Below are positions 37,910-50,138 of a DNA stretch of 64,000 bases, piece after piece. The first letter of the stretch is position 1. Each line of letters starts with the position of its first letter. Source of the stretch: an uncultured Solirubrobacterales bacterium (GTDB lineage Bacteria; Actinomycetota; Thermoleophilia; Solirubrobacterales; Solirubrobacteraceae); assembly GCA_963785785.1 (NCBI GenBank), contig CAWAWI010000006.1, positions 76,204 through 140,203 on the forward strand, given 5' to 3'. A program made the position numbers and the translations under genes. The notes below the pieces were generated by a model. The model was not told the DNA's origin. It did not search any database and worked only from the letters and a program-made list of their open reading frames with translations.

Positions 37910-37986
37910 CCGGCGCCGGGTCGCTTGGACCGGGGCCCAGTCCTGCCGCTCGTCCACCATCGCCGAGGCTGCCCGCCCGGCGACCG

Positions 37987-38598
37987 TCAGTGGCGTCTCG
38001 CCAGCTCCAGGGCGTAGGTCGCGCCCGCTTCTCCGTGGGCGAGCAGAGCGGGGGCCGCGGCGGTGGCGCCCACGCCTGCGTCCCGGAACTGGGGGCCGAG
38101 GATCAGTTCGCGGTGAGGAGGCGATTCGAGCCACGCCGTGACCATCTGGGCCGGGGTCGCGTCGGTGCCGGTGGCCCAGCCGATGTTCTCCCCGATGAGC
38201 AGTCCCCCGGCGTGTCGCCCGTAGGGGGTCCCGGCGATCAGCGCCCCCGGGGTCGTCCCCGACGGGCGGACGTCCGAGAAGTAGTCCAGGCTGACCATCT
38301 CCCGGACCTGGGACACCGCCACCGTCTGCAGTTCGCGGTTGGCTCTCAGCGGACTCAGACGATCGGCGCGACGCACCCGGTCGATCAGGCACAGGGTGGC
38401 CGAGTCGATCGCCGCCGTGTTCGTGGGGGTCGGCATCAGGCTCGCGTTCGAGCAAGCTCGGGCCCTCGCGCGCGCGTGGCTGGCCTCACGCGCCGGTGGG
38501 TTCTTGCCCGTACCGGCGCCCCCTTCGGCGCTCGTGCAGAGCCCGAGCATCGACAGCATCGCCGCGAGCACGCCGACGATATGCAAGTGCTTTCTCAC
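37987..38598 (-). CDS. Secreted CAP/SCP-domain protein
   Basis: Signal peptide; LCLIDRVR, GENIGW, WLESPPHRELIL, GVG; GTG with GGGGAAG upstream (alternative ATG 38625). Confidence 0.8.
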   Translation of the reverse strand: MRKHLHIVGVLAAMLSMLGLCTSAEGGAGTGKNPPAREASHARARARACSNASLMPTPTNTAAIDSATLCLIDRVRRADRLSPLRANRELQTVAVSQVREMVSLDYFSDVRPSGTTPGALIAGTPYGRHAGGLLIGENIGWATGTDATPAQMVTAWLESPPHRELILGPQFRDAGVGATAAAPALLAHGEAGATYALELARRH

Positions 38599-38752
38599 AT
38601 TCTTCCCCTGCAACAAGCGCTGCATCGTCGCAGACGTCGCCGACGGACGTGTCACCAGGACGTTGCCCCTGACGCGAGCCGGCGGCCCGCCCACGCCCTC
38701 GCCGGTCGTTCGTCGGGCCGGCGATTGTCGTGCGAGGATGTGCCGAGCCCCT

Positions 38753-38823
38753 TGGGGGGTCGTCCAATGGCAGGACACCAGGTTTTGGTCCTGGGAATCG
38801 GGGTTCGAATCCCTGCCCCCCAG
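38753..38823 (+). tRNA. tRNA-Gln(TTG)
   Basis: TGGGGGG/CCCCCCA acceptor, CCAGG-TTTTGGT-CCTGG anticodon arm, GGTTCGAATCC; upstream of glmU. Confidence 0.95.
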
Positions 38824-38827
38824 TCTT

Positions 38828-38898
38828 CCGACCGGCGCATGCGCCGGTCGGCCGGGCCGCACATGTGCGGCCCGGAGCCATGCCGCATGCGGCATGGC
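38828..38898. repeat. Array of three abutting perfect palindromes (24/24/22 bp) centred on CATG
   Basis: CCGACCGGCGCATGCGCCGGTCGG; CCGGGCCGCACATGTGCGGCCCGG; GCCATGCCGCATGCGGCATGGC. Confidence 0.95.
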
Positions 38899-38912
38899 CT
38901 ACCATCTCCTGA

Positions 38913-40346
38913 GTGACTGCGGCTCCGACGGTCCTGATCCTCGCCGCGGGGAAGGGCACGCGCATGCGTTCGCGCACGCCCAAGGTGCTCCACGAGCTGT
39001 GTGGCCTGCCGATGGTCCTGTGGCCGGTACGCGCTGCCCTGGCCGCGGGCGCCGGACGGGTGGTGGTGGTCGACTCGCCCGACCGTCCCCTCGCGGACGT
39101 GCTCCCCGAGGGGGTTCACCTCGCGGTCCAACCCCAACCGAACGGAACCGGTGGGGCGGTTCTCGCGGCGGTCGCACAGCTCGACGTCGTCGGCTCCCCG
39201 GCGGACGGCTCCCCGGCGGACGGCTCCCCGGCGGACTCGCCCGTGGTGGTCCTCAGCGGCGACGTCCCCCTGATCAGCCCCGAGACGATCGAGGAGCTGG
39301 TTCGCGCCCACCTGGAGAGCTCCTCGGCGGCCACGATGGCGAGCACCGTTCTCGACGATCCCACCGGCTACGGCCGGGTGGTCCGCGACGAAACAGGCAA
39401 GCTGGAGCGGGTGGTCGAGTCGAAGGCCGGAGGGGACGCCACGCCCCAGGAGCATCAGATACGAGAGGTGAACACGGGCGTCTACGTCTTCGCCCTGGAG
39501 CCTCTTCGTGAGGCTCTCCCTCGCTTGAGCGCGGAGAACTCCCAGGGGGAGCTCTACCTGCCCCAGGTCCTGGAGCTGATTCGCGCCGCCGGGGGCGCCG
39601 TCGACGCCCACCCCGTGGCCGACCCCCGACTGGTCCTCGGCGTCAACGATCGCGCCGCCCTCGCCCGCGTGCGTGCGCTCGCCCAGGCGGCCATCCACGA
39701 CCGTCACATGCTCGCGGGCGTCACCATCCTCGATCCACCCGCCACCGTCATCGACGTGGACGTCCAGATCGGCCCCGACACCGTCATCGAGCCCTTCACC
39801 ACGATCAGGGGCTCCACCAGGATCGGAGAGACCTGCCTGGTGAGGAGCTCCTACATCGTCGACTCCGTCCTGGAGGACTCCGTCACCGTCGGCCCGTTCG
39901 CCTACCTGCGTCCGAACACCGTCCTGCGCGCCGGCTCGAAGGTCGGCACGTTCGTGGAGGTCAAGAACTCCGACATCGGCCTCGCCACCAAAGTGCCCCA
40001 CCTGTCATACATCGGCGACGCCGACGTCGGCGAGCGCACGAACCTGGGCGCCGCCACCATCACGGCCAACTACGACGGCCGCTCCAAGCACCGCACCACC
40101 ATCGGCTCGGGGGTCCACACGAGCGTCGACACCACCCTCGTCGCCCCCGTGTCTCTCGGGGACGACTCCTACACCGGCGCCGGATCGGTGATCACCGACG
40201 ACGTCCCCCCGGGAGCCCTCGGGATGGCGCGTGCCCGCCAGGAGAACATCGAGGGCTACGCCCACAGGCATAAGCCGGGGTCAGAGCCGCAGTCGGGGTC
40301 AGAGCGGGAGTCGGACGGGCCCCCACCACCGAAGGCCGAAGGCTAG
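38913..40346 (+). CDS. glmU: Bifunctional UDP-GlcNAc pyrophosphorylase / GlcN-1-P acetyltransferase
   Basis: LAAGKGTRMRS..PKVLH, GDVP, GYGRVVR, EVNTG, GPFAYLRP, HLSYIGDA, NYDG; 15-bp repeat x3 at 39191-39235. Confidence 0.97.
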   Translation: MTAAPTVLILAAGKGTRMRSRTPKVLHELCGLPMVLWPVRAALAAGAGRVVVVDSPDRPLADVLPEGVHLAVQPQPNGTGGAVLAAVAQLDVVGSPADGSPADGSPADSPVVVLSGDVPLISPETIEELVRAHLESSSAATMASTVLDDPTGYGRVVRDETGKLERVVESKAGGDATPQEHQIREVNTGVYVFALEPLREALPRLSAENSQGELYLPQVLELIRAAGGAVDAHPVADPRLVLGVNDRAALARVRALAQAAIHDRHMLAGVTILDPPATVIDVDVQIGPDTVIEPFTTIRGSTRIGETCLVRSSYIVDSVLEDSVTVGPFAYLRPNTVLRAGSKVGTFVEVKNSDIGLATKVPHLSYIGDADVGERTNLGAATITANYDGRSKHRTTIGSGVHTSVDTTLVAPVSLGDDSYTGAGSVITDDVPPGALGMARARQENIEGYAHRHKPGSEPQSGSERESDGPPPPKAEG

Positions 40347-40381
40347 ATGCGTCGCTCGGACGGTTTACACTCACAAACAAG

Positions 40382-41413
40382 ATGAGCAGCGCGATCGACA
40401 CGCGCACCCAGCAGGCCCCTCAGACGAGCCTGCCGATCGATTACAACAAGCGGCTCATGCTGTTCAGCGGCCGCGCGAATCCGCAGCTCGCGATCGACAT
40501 CGCCGACAAGCTGGGCGTCGGGCTGGGGCCGGTCTCTCTGAGGACGTTCTCCAACGGCGAGGTCTACTGCCGCTACGAGGAGTCCATCAGGGGAGCCGAC
40601 GTGTTCATCGTCCAGTCCACCTGCGGAAATCCCCAGACGGGAGTCACCGCCAACGACTCCCTGATGGAGCTCCTGTTCATGATCGACGCCGCCGTCGGCG
40701 CCTCCGCCCACCGGGTCATCGCGGTGACCCCCTGGTTCGGCTACTCCCGCCAGGACAAGAAGTCCGCCCCCCGCGAGCCCATCTCCGCCCGGCTGGTCGC
40801 CCGCATGCTGGAGGCCGCCGGCTCTGACCGGGTGCTGACGATGGATCTCCACGCCGGCCAGATCCAGGGCTTCTTCCAGAAGCCCGTCGACCACATGACC
40901 GCCCTGTTCATGCTCACCCAGTACTTCGGCGATCTCGGCCTATCGGACCTCGTCGTCGTGGCTCCCGACGCGGGCCGGGTCAAGCTGAACAAGAAGTTCG
41001 CCTCCAAGATCGGCGCCGAGCTGGCGATCCTCGACAAGGAGCGCCCCGCCCAGCAGGTCGCCGAGATCGGCTACGTGATCGGCGACGTCCGCAACAAGAC
41101 CGCCGTGATCGTCGACGACATGATCGACACCGCCGGCACCCTCAAGGCGGCCGCCCAGACGGTCCTCGACGAGGGAGCCTCCCGCGTTTACGCGGCCGCC
41201 ACCCACGCGATCTTCTCCGGCGACGCGTTCGAGAACCTCAGGACCTCGGGCCTGCAGGAGATCGTCGTCACCGACACGATCCCGGCCAACCCGGACCGCC
41301 CCGCCAACGTCCGCGTGCTCCCCTGCGCCGAGCTCCTCACCGACTCGATCCGCCGCATCTTCGTCGACGACTCCGTCAGCGAAGTCTTCGGCGGCGAGAA
41401 CCAGCTCTTCTAG
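40382..41413 (+). CDS. prs: Ribose-phosphate pyrophosphokinase
   Basis: FSNGE, YSRQDKK, DLHAGQIQGFF, APDAG, DDMIDTAGT. Confidence 0.97.
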   Translation: MSSAIDTRTQQAPQTSLPIDYNKRLMLFSGRANPQLAIDIADKLGVGLGPVSLRTFSNGEVYCRYEESIRGADVFIVQSTCGNPQTGVTANDSLMELLFMIDAAVGASAHRVIAVTPWFGYSRQDKKSAPREPISARLVARMLEAAGSDRVLTMDLHAGQIQGFFQKPVDHMTALFMLTQYFGDLGLSDLVVVAPDAGRVKLNKKFASKIGAELAILDKERPAQQVAEIGYVIGDVRNKTAVIVDDMIDTAGTLKAAAQTVLDEGASRVYAAATHAIFSGDAFENLRTSGLQEIVVTDTIPANPDRPANVRVLPCAELLTDSIRRIFVDDSVSEVFGGENQLF

Positions 41414-41454
41414 ATCTCGCCCGCCAGGCCCCTCCGTCGATCCGGGCGCCGACC

Positions 41455-41967
41455 ATGAACGCCCAGCCCTCCCTCCAGACGGTCCCACCCGACCGCGGTC
41501 CTCGAGTGTGGTGGCGCCAGATCTCCCGCCGCAGGCGCGTAACGATCGTGGTCGTCGCCGTCGTCCTGTTTCTCGCGATCAGCACCCTCCTCGCTCGCTT
41601 CCTGTCGGTCGAAAACGCCGAACGCGCCGACATCCTCACGGTCCTTCAGGCTCAGGCCCGCGGAGACTCCGCCCGCGAGCTCGCCCTCCTGGACGGCTGC
41701 CGAACGAGCCCATCGTGCGCCTCCATCGTTCGCCAGAATGCCGCCCGGCTGCGCCGGCCGGGGGCAGTCAAGATCCTGTCCATCACCTCCCCGATCGCCG
41801 GCTCCCTAACCACCGCCACCGGCACCACCCGCGTGGCGTGGACCGTCATCACCAGACTCCCCGTGGTCCAGTGCGTAGCGGTTCGCCGCTCGGGCAGCTT
41901 TCTCACGGGCTTCCACGTGACCCTGTTGTCGCTCACCGCCCCGATCGAAAACGAAGGGGAATGTTGA
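41455..41967 (+). CDS. Hypothetical membrane-anchored protein
   Basis: RRRR then one TM; four Cys in the extracytoplasmic part. Confidence 0.6.
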   Translation: MNAQPSLQTVPPDRGPRVWWRQISRRRRVTIVVVAVVLFLAISTLLARFLSVENAERADILTVLQAQARGDSARELALLDGCRTSPSCASIVRQNAARLRRPGAVKILSITSPIAGSLTTATGTTRVAWTVITRLPVVQCVAVRRSGSFLTGFHVTLLSLTAPIENEGEC

Positions 41968-42094
41968 CCCGCGCCACGGTTCGCCAACACGACGAGCCAA
42001 GCGGGGCGGCGTTTTCGGGCCGGCCGACCCCCGCGAAGCGGGCCCGGGCGGGACGAAGGCGTCCGTCCCCGCGCTGCTAAAGTCGTCCGCCGCG

Positions 42095-42787
42095 ATGCCA
42101 GACACCCAAACCAAGCTCGAGGTCAACAGCCGCTCCGCCGAAGGCTCTCGCTCGGCCCGACGCCTGCGCCGCTCAGGCCGTGTGCCCGGGGTCGTCTACG
42201 GCGGCGGCGGGGAGTCCGTGAGCTTCGACGCCGACGCTCGCGAGCTTCGTCTCGCCCTCGCCCGCTCAGGGGCGGTGCTGGACCTGAGCGTCGACGGTGC
42301 CAAACCCACTCCGGTGGTCCTCAAGGAGGCCCAACGCGACCCCGTCCGCGGCGAGACCGTCCACGTCGATCTTCTTCGCGTCCGTCTCGACGAGGCCATC
42401 CACGCCGTCGTCACCCTCGAGCTCACCGGCGCCGAGGACTCCCCCGGGGTCAAGGAAGGCGGCGTCCTGGAGCAGATCGTCCGCGAGCTGAACGTTCAGG
42501 CCCTACCTACCGCCATCCCCGAGTCGATCGTCCACGCGATCGGCGAGATGCAGATCGGCGACACGATCGTCCTCGCCGCGGTCGCCTCGCCCGAGGGTGT
42601 CGAGCTGCTCGACGAAGCCGACACCGTCGTCGCGACCCTGTCCCCGCCCCGTCTCCAGACCGAGGCCGAGGAGGAGATCGAGGCCGAGACGGAGCTCGTG
42701 GGTGAGGGCGAGGGCGAGGGCGAGGGCGCGGAGCAGGGCGAGTCCTCAGAGGGCGCCGGCTCCGACGGCACGTCCGGCGGGGAGTAG
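42095..42787 (+). CDS. rplY: 50S ribosomal protein L25/Ctc
   Basis: ARRLRRSGRVPGVVYG, QRDPV, HVDL, GVKEGG, IPESI; acidic tail. Confidence 0.95.
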   Translation: MPDTQTKLEVNSRSAEGSRSARRLRRSGRVPGVVYGGGGESVSFDADARELRLALARSGAVLDLSVDGAKPTPVVLKEAQRDPVRGETVHVDLLRVRLDEAIHAVVTLELTGAEDSPGVKEGGVLEQIVRELNVQALPTAIPESIVHAIGEMQIGDTIVLAAVASPEGVELLDEADTVVATLSPPRLQTEAEEEIEAETELVGEGEGEGEGAEQGESSEGAGSDGTSGGE

Positions 42788-42793
42788 CTCCCA

Positions 42794-43477
42794 CTGCGCA
42801 GGCCGTTTCGTCGCGACGCCCCCGGCGGCGGCGGCGCTGCCGCCGACTGGCTGATCGTCGGGTTGGGGAACCCCGGCCCTGAGCATGCGAAGACCCGCCA
42901 CAACGTCGGCTTCATGGTCGCCGACGTCCTCGCCGAGCGCTGGCGCCTGGGACGCCCGCGGGCCCGCTTTCGCGGGCTGATCGCCGAGGGTCGCGTCGAC
43001 GGCTCGATGTCGGGGGTGCCGCCGTCGGGGATGGGGTTGGCGGAGGAGCTGTCGGAGCTTTCCCAAACGGGGGCGCCGCGCGCGCGCGCGTACGCGCGCG
43101 CGGCGGTGCTGTGGCCGCAGACCTACATGAACGACGCCGGCCGCTCGGTGGGACCCGCCCGGGGCGCTCTCAAGCTCCCGCTCGAGCGGGTCCTGGTGGT
43201 GCACGACGAGATCGACATCCCCTTCGGAGAGGTCCGTGCCCGGGTCGGTGGCGGGCTGGCGGGTCACAACGGCCTGAAGTCGCTCAAGCGGGAGCTGGGG
43301 GGAGCGGACTTCGTCCGCGTCCGCGTCGGCGTCGGCCGGCCGCACTCGAGCGATCCCGAGATCGTCTCCTCCTACGTCCTCGGTCGCTTTCGCGAGGATC
43401 CCGAGCAGGTGCGCGACCTGGTGGAGCGCGCCGCCGACCGGGTTCAGGCCATCGTCCTCGGCGAGGATCCGGTTTAG
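42794..43477 (+). CDS. pth: Peptidyl-tRNA hydrolase (start uncertain, possibly CTG)
   Basis: WLIVGLGNPG, TRHNVGF, PQTYMN, HDEID, GHNGLKS; no ATG/GTG/TTG before the conserved N-terminal strand. Confidence 0.9.
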   Translation: MRRPFRRDAPGGGGAAADWLIVGLGNPGPEHAKTRHNVGFMVADVLAERWRLGRPRARFRGLIAEGRVDGSMSGVPPSGMGLAEELSELSQTGAPRARAYARAAVLWPQTYMNDAGRSVGPARGALKLPLERVLVVHDEIDIPFGEVRARVGGGLAGHNGLKSLKRELGGADFVRVRVGVGRPHSSDPEIVSSYVLGRFREDPEQVRDLVERAADRVQAIVLGEDPV

Positions 43478-46400
43478 ATGGCGCTGCGCTCGCTGCTGGG
43501 GCTGATCGAGGACGACCCCGCCGCAGTGGCCCTCGCGCAGGAGGGCGGTCACGCCTTCGTGTCGGCCTCCCTCCGTCCGTATCTGATCGCGGCCCTGGCC
43601 GATCGCGAGTCCACCGCCCGATCCCGACCGACGGTGGTGGTCGTGGGCGACGATCGCGCCGCCCGCCACCTCGCGGGGGACCTCCGCGCCTGGCTCGCCC
43701 CTCGCCGGGTCCGCTACTACCCCTCCCGGGGGGTCGCCTATGAGTCTCATCTGGCGCCAACTCCCCACCTGGTCGGCCTCCGCGTCGCGGCTCTCGATGC
43801 GCTCTTGGCCGCGGGCTCGGACACGGGCTCGGACGCGGGCTCGGACACGGGCTCGGACGCGGCCATCCAGGAGTCGCCGGTGGTGGTGGTGAGCGCGGTG
43901 GCCCTTTCGGAGAAGGTCCCCGATCCGTCCCTTCGCCCCCGCTCATTCACTTTGCGTGCGGGGGATCTCCTTGACCTCGAGGAGTGTTCCGCCGAGCTCG
44001 TGGCGGCGGGCTACGAGCGGGTCGACCAAGTGGAGGACCGCGGCCAGTTCGCGCTCCGCGGGGGCATTCTCGACGTGTTTCCCGCGACCGAGGACCGGGC
44101 GGTCCGCGTGGACATGTTCGACGTCGAGATCGAGTCCCTGCGTTGGTTCTCAACGTTTACCCAACGCTCTCTCGGGGATGTCAAGGAGGTCGAGATCGCC
44201 CCCGCCGCGGAGCTTGCCCTCGAGCACCGCGAGCTCGCCGAGATCGCCGCTCTGGACCTCCATGACGGCGACGCCGACGCTCGCCCGGACATCGCCGAGC
44301 TGCTCCCGGTCGAGCGGTTCGGGGCGCTCCTCGACCTGATCGGCGAGGGGGCGGAGGTTCTGATCGCGGCCGAGGAGGAGCTGAAGCCGGCGCTCAGCGA
44401 CCACTGGACGGACGTGACCGCGGCATTCGCCGATACCGACGCCCATCACCTGTACGTCAGCCCCGAGAACATCGAAGACGCCCTCGCGCGCCGGGCCCGG
44501 GTGTGGCTGTCGGCGCTCGCGAGCGGCCAGGCGATCGAGCTGCGGGCACAGGCCTCGGACACGGCGGCGCGCACGCTGGCAGACGCGGAGCCCGAGCTCG
44601 AGAAGCTTGTGCGCTCGGGCTATCGCACGGTCGTCGCGTTCCCCCGCCGGGGCGAGGGCGAGCGGGCCGCGTACAACCTCGGGCGGCTGAAAGCCAGCTG
44701 GCTGGGGGAGGGCGTCGATGCGGGCGCGACACCCGAGGAGGCGTCCCTGCGGTTCGCGGCCGCGTCTCTTCGCGAAGGCTTCGTCGCGCCCACGTTGAAG
44801 CTGGCCGTCTTCCCCGAGCATCGCCTATTGCGCCGCCGCCGCGCCGAGCGGGGGAGGGGAGGGGCAGGTCAACCCGGCGGATCGGCCGGCGAAGGGCCCG
44901 CAGGCGTGCGCAGGGGAGCCCTTCGCTCCTTCACGGACCTGCGCACGGGCGACATCGTCGTGCACGAGGACCACGGCGTCGCACGGTTCGCCGGCTTTGA
45001 GACTCGCACCGTCGCGGAGGTGACCCGCGACTACCTCTACCTCGAATATCAGGGCGACGATCGCGTCTACGTGCCCACCGAGCAGCTGGCGAAGATCTCC
45101 CGTTATGTGGGCGCGGGCGGCGAGCATCCGCCGCTGTCCAAGCTCGGGGGCACCCGCTGGGAGACGATGAAGGCCCGTGCTCGTCGCGCCGCCCAGGAGC
45201 TGGCAGGCGAGCTGTTGAGCCTCTATGCCGAGCGCCGCCGCCGGCCCGGCCACCCATTCGAGCCCGACTCCGATTGGCAGCGCGAGTTCGAGGCGAGCTT
45301 TCCCTACGCCGAGACCCCCGACCAGCTGGAGGCGATCGAACTGGTCAAGGCCGACATGGAATCCCCGCGTCCGATGGACAGGCTGATCTGCGGGGACGTG
45401 GGCTACGGCAAGACCGAGGTTGCCTTGCGGGCCGCGTTCAAGGCGGCGAGCCAGGGCAAGCAGGTGCTGATGCTCGCGCCCACCACAATCCTCACCCAGC
45501 AGCACTACGGGACGTTCGCCGAGCGCCTCGCCGACTACCCGATCAACGTCGAGCAGGTCTCGCGATTTCGCTCTCCGGCCGAGCAGAGGGCGGCGATCGC
45601 GGGCTTCGCCCAAGGACGGGTGGACATCCTGATCGGCACCCACCGGGTGCTCTCGCGCGACGTCCGTGCCAAGGACCTCGGCCTCTTGATCGTCGACGAG
45701 GAGCAGCGCTTCGGGGTCAAGCAGAAGGAGCTCCTGCGCCAGATGAAGCTGAAGATGGACGTGATCTCGATGTCCGCCACCCCGATCCCCCGGACCCTGC
45801 AGATGTCCCTGGCGGGCTTGCGGGAGATCTCCGTGATCGAGACTCCTCCCGAGGGCCGCCGGCCGGTGAGGACCTATGTCGGGGAGTACGAGGAGGAGCT
45901 CGTCAAGCGCGCGATCCTCCGCGAGCACGACCGTGGCGGCCAGGCCTTCTTCCTGCACAACCGGGTCGAGTCGATCGAGGAGACCGCCGAGCGCCTGCGC
46001 GCGCTGTGCCCGCAGGCCCGCTTCGCGGTCGCCCACGGTCAGATGGCCGAGGGAGAGCTAGAGGAGGTGATGATGGACTACCTGCGGGGGGGCTCGGAGG
46101 TGCTCGTGTGCACCTCGATCATCGAGTCGGGGATCGACATCCCTCAGGCGAACACCCTGATCGTCGAGCACTCCGACGCGTTCGGCCTGTCTCAGCTCTA
46201 CCAGATCCGCGGTCGTGTCGGGCGCAGCCGCGAGCGCGCGTACGCCTACCTGCTCTACGACTCGGCGGCCGCCCTCACGTCCGACGCGGCTCAGCGTCTG
46301 GCGGCGCTGTCGGACTACACCGAGCTGGGCGCCGGCTTTCAGATCGCGATGCGCGACCTGGAGCTGCGCGGCGCCGGCAACCTCCTGGGCGATGAGCAGT

Positions 46401-46954
46401 CCGGCCACGTCGCGGCACTCGGCTTCGAGCTTTACATGCAGATGCTCGACGAGGCCGTTCGCGCCGCCGGGCCGGCCGCTGGCGCCGACGGGACCGAGCT
46501 CCAAGCGCCCGAGCCGGTACGCCTGGACGTCAACGTCGACGCTTACGTGCCCGCCGACTACGTCCCCTACGAGCAGGCCAAGATCGAGATCCACAGGCGG
46601 GTCGCGGGCTCGTTCGAGGTCGCCGACGTACAGCAGCTCAGCGAGGAGCTCGAGGATCGCTTCGGGCCGGTCCCCGAGCCCTTGGAGAACCTGCTCGCGC
46701 TGCAGCGCGCCCGCATCAAGTTTGGCCAGGCGGGCGCCTCGGCGGTGAGCTTTCGCGGCGACCGCCTCGCGGTCACGCCGATCGAGCTCGATGCCGCACG
46801 CGCCCGTCGCCTGCGCGAGCAACTGCCCGAGGCCCTCTACGAGTCCGGCCGCTCGCAGGTCTCGATGCGGGTGCCACGCGAGGGCCCCGCTCGCTTTCCG
46901 ACCGTCGTCAAGGCGGCCGATGTGCTCCTGGCGCTGACTCGCGAGGCGGCCTAG
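43478..46954 (+). CDS. mfd: Transcription-repair coupling factor
   Basis: RGGILDVFP, VVHEDHG, ETPDQ, CGDVGYGKTE, DEEQRFG, SATPIPRT, QIRGRVGR, RDLELRGAGN; 12-bp repeat x4 at 43812-43859. Confidence 0.97.
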   Translation: MALRSLLGLIEDDPAAVALAQEGGHAFVSASLRPYLIAALADRESTARSRPTVVVVGDDRAARHLAGDLRAWLAPRRVRYYPSRGVAYESHLAPTPHLVGLRVAALDALLAAGSDTGSDAGSDTGSDAAIQESPVVVVSAVALSEKVPDPSLRPRSFTLRAGDLLDLEECSAELVAAGYERVDQVEDRGQFALRGGILDVFPATEDRAVRVDMFDVEIESLRWFSTFTQRSLGDVKEVEIAPAAELALEHRELAEIAALDLHDGDADARPDIAELLPVERFGALLDLIGEGAEVLIAAEEELKPALSDHWTDVTAAFADTDAHHLYVSPENIEDALARRARVWLSALASGQAIELRAQASDTAARTLADAEPELEKLVRSGYRTVVAFPRRGEGERAAYNLGRLKASWLGEGVDAGATPEEASLRFAAASLREGFVAPTLKLAVFPEHRLLRRRRAERGRGGAGQPGGSAGEGPAGVRRGALRSFTDLRTGDIVVHEDHGVARFAGFETRTVAEVTRDYLYLEYQGDDRVYVPTEQLAKISRYVGAGGEHPPLSKLGGTRWETMKARARRAAQELAGELLSLYAERRRRPGHPFEPDSDWQREFEASFPYAETPDQLEAIELVKADMESPRPMDRLICGDVGYGKTEVALRAAFKAASQGKQVLMLAPTTILTQQHYGTFAERLADYPINVEQVSRFRSPAEQRAAIAGFAQGRVDILIGTHRVLSRDVRAKDLGLLIVDEEQRFGVKQKELLRQMKLKMDVISMSATPIPRTLQMSLAGLREISVIETPPEGRRPVRTYVGEYEEELVKRAILREHDRGGQAFFLHNRVESIEETAERLRALCPQARFAVAHGQMAEGELEEVMMDYLRGGSEVLVCTSIIESGIDIPQANTLIVEHSDAFGLSQLYQIRGRVGRSRERAYAYLLYDSAAALTSDAAQRLAALSDYTELGAGFQIAMRDLELRGAGNLLGDEQSGHVAALGFELYMQMLDEAVRAAGPAAGADGTELQAPEPVRLDVNVDAYVPADYVPYEQAKIEIHRRVAGSFEVADVQQLSEELEDRFGPVPEPLENLLALQRARIKFGQAGASAVSFRGDRLAVTPIELDAARARRLREQLPEALYESGRSQVSMRVPREGPARFPTVVKAADVLLALTREAA

Positions 46955-47061
46955 CGCCGTCCGGGGCGGCTTTGTCCGGGGCTCGTCTTCGGGAGCTCGG
47001 GATGCGTCTTCAGGAACTCCTTAAACACGGAGGTCCCGGTTTCCGCTAGAGTGCCCGCGTC

Positions 47062-49609
<2,548 letters not shown>

Positions 49610-49765
49610 GCCTCGCCCGCGCGTTAGGCAGCGCGGGCCTGAGCAGGCGGCCCCGCGCCGAGCGGTGCCCGCGCCCGCGGGGGCCCCCGCGTGGGCCCCC
49701 GCGCACGGGCCCCACCTCGCGCTCGCTTGCAGGTATCGAAGGGGCGGGGGCGAAGCCAAGCAGCA

Positions 49766-50107
49766 ATGGCGTCCGCAAGCTCCTCCACCGCCCGCCGTCG
49801 GCCCTCGGTCGAAACGGGCCCCTTCGAGCGCGTGCGCTGGGACAGGCTCGGACGGATCGCCATGTTGTGTGTGCTCGTTGCCCTTCTCTACCTGTACGTC
49901 AGTGCCGGTATCCGCCTGTTCTCAACCTGGCGGGAAGCGCGCGCCGACAGCGCTCAGGTGTCGGCTCTCGAGCACGAACATGTGCTCCTCCTGCGCCGTC
50001 ACGAAGCGCTCGGGCGGCGGGGCACAGTCGAAGAAGAGGCCCGCCGGCTGGGCATGATGAAAGCTGGCGAGCAGCCCTACGTGATCACGGGCCTGCCGAG
50101 CAACTGA
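49766..50107 (+). CDS. Septum formation initiator (FtsB/DivIC-like)
   Basis: One TM, coiled coil, EEEARRLGMMKAGE; follows eno. Confidence 0.75.
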   Translation: MASASSSTARRRPSVETGPFERVRWDRLGRIAMLCVLVALLYLYVSAGIRLFSTWREARADSAQVSALEHEHVLLLRRHEALGRRGTVEEEARRLGMMKAGEQPYVITGLPSN

Positions 50108-50138
50108 CCGGCCGAGGCTCGCTGCTAGCCTCGCCTCA

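Noticed and set aside
38700-38912. Prophage or integrative element at tRNA-Gln (also checked at tRNA-Leu)
   Set aside because: No integrase or tRNA 3' duplication is present, and tRNA-Gln-glmU-prs is the usual core arrangement. Sequence beyond tRNA-Leu is outside the window.
43000-43105. Intein in Pth
   Set aside because: The insertion is far too short and lacks C/S..HN splice motifs.
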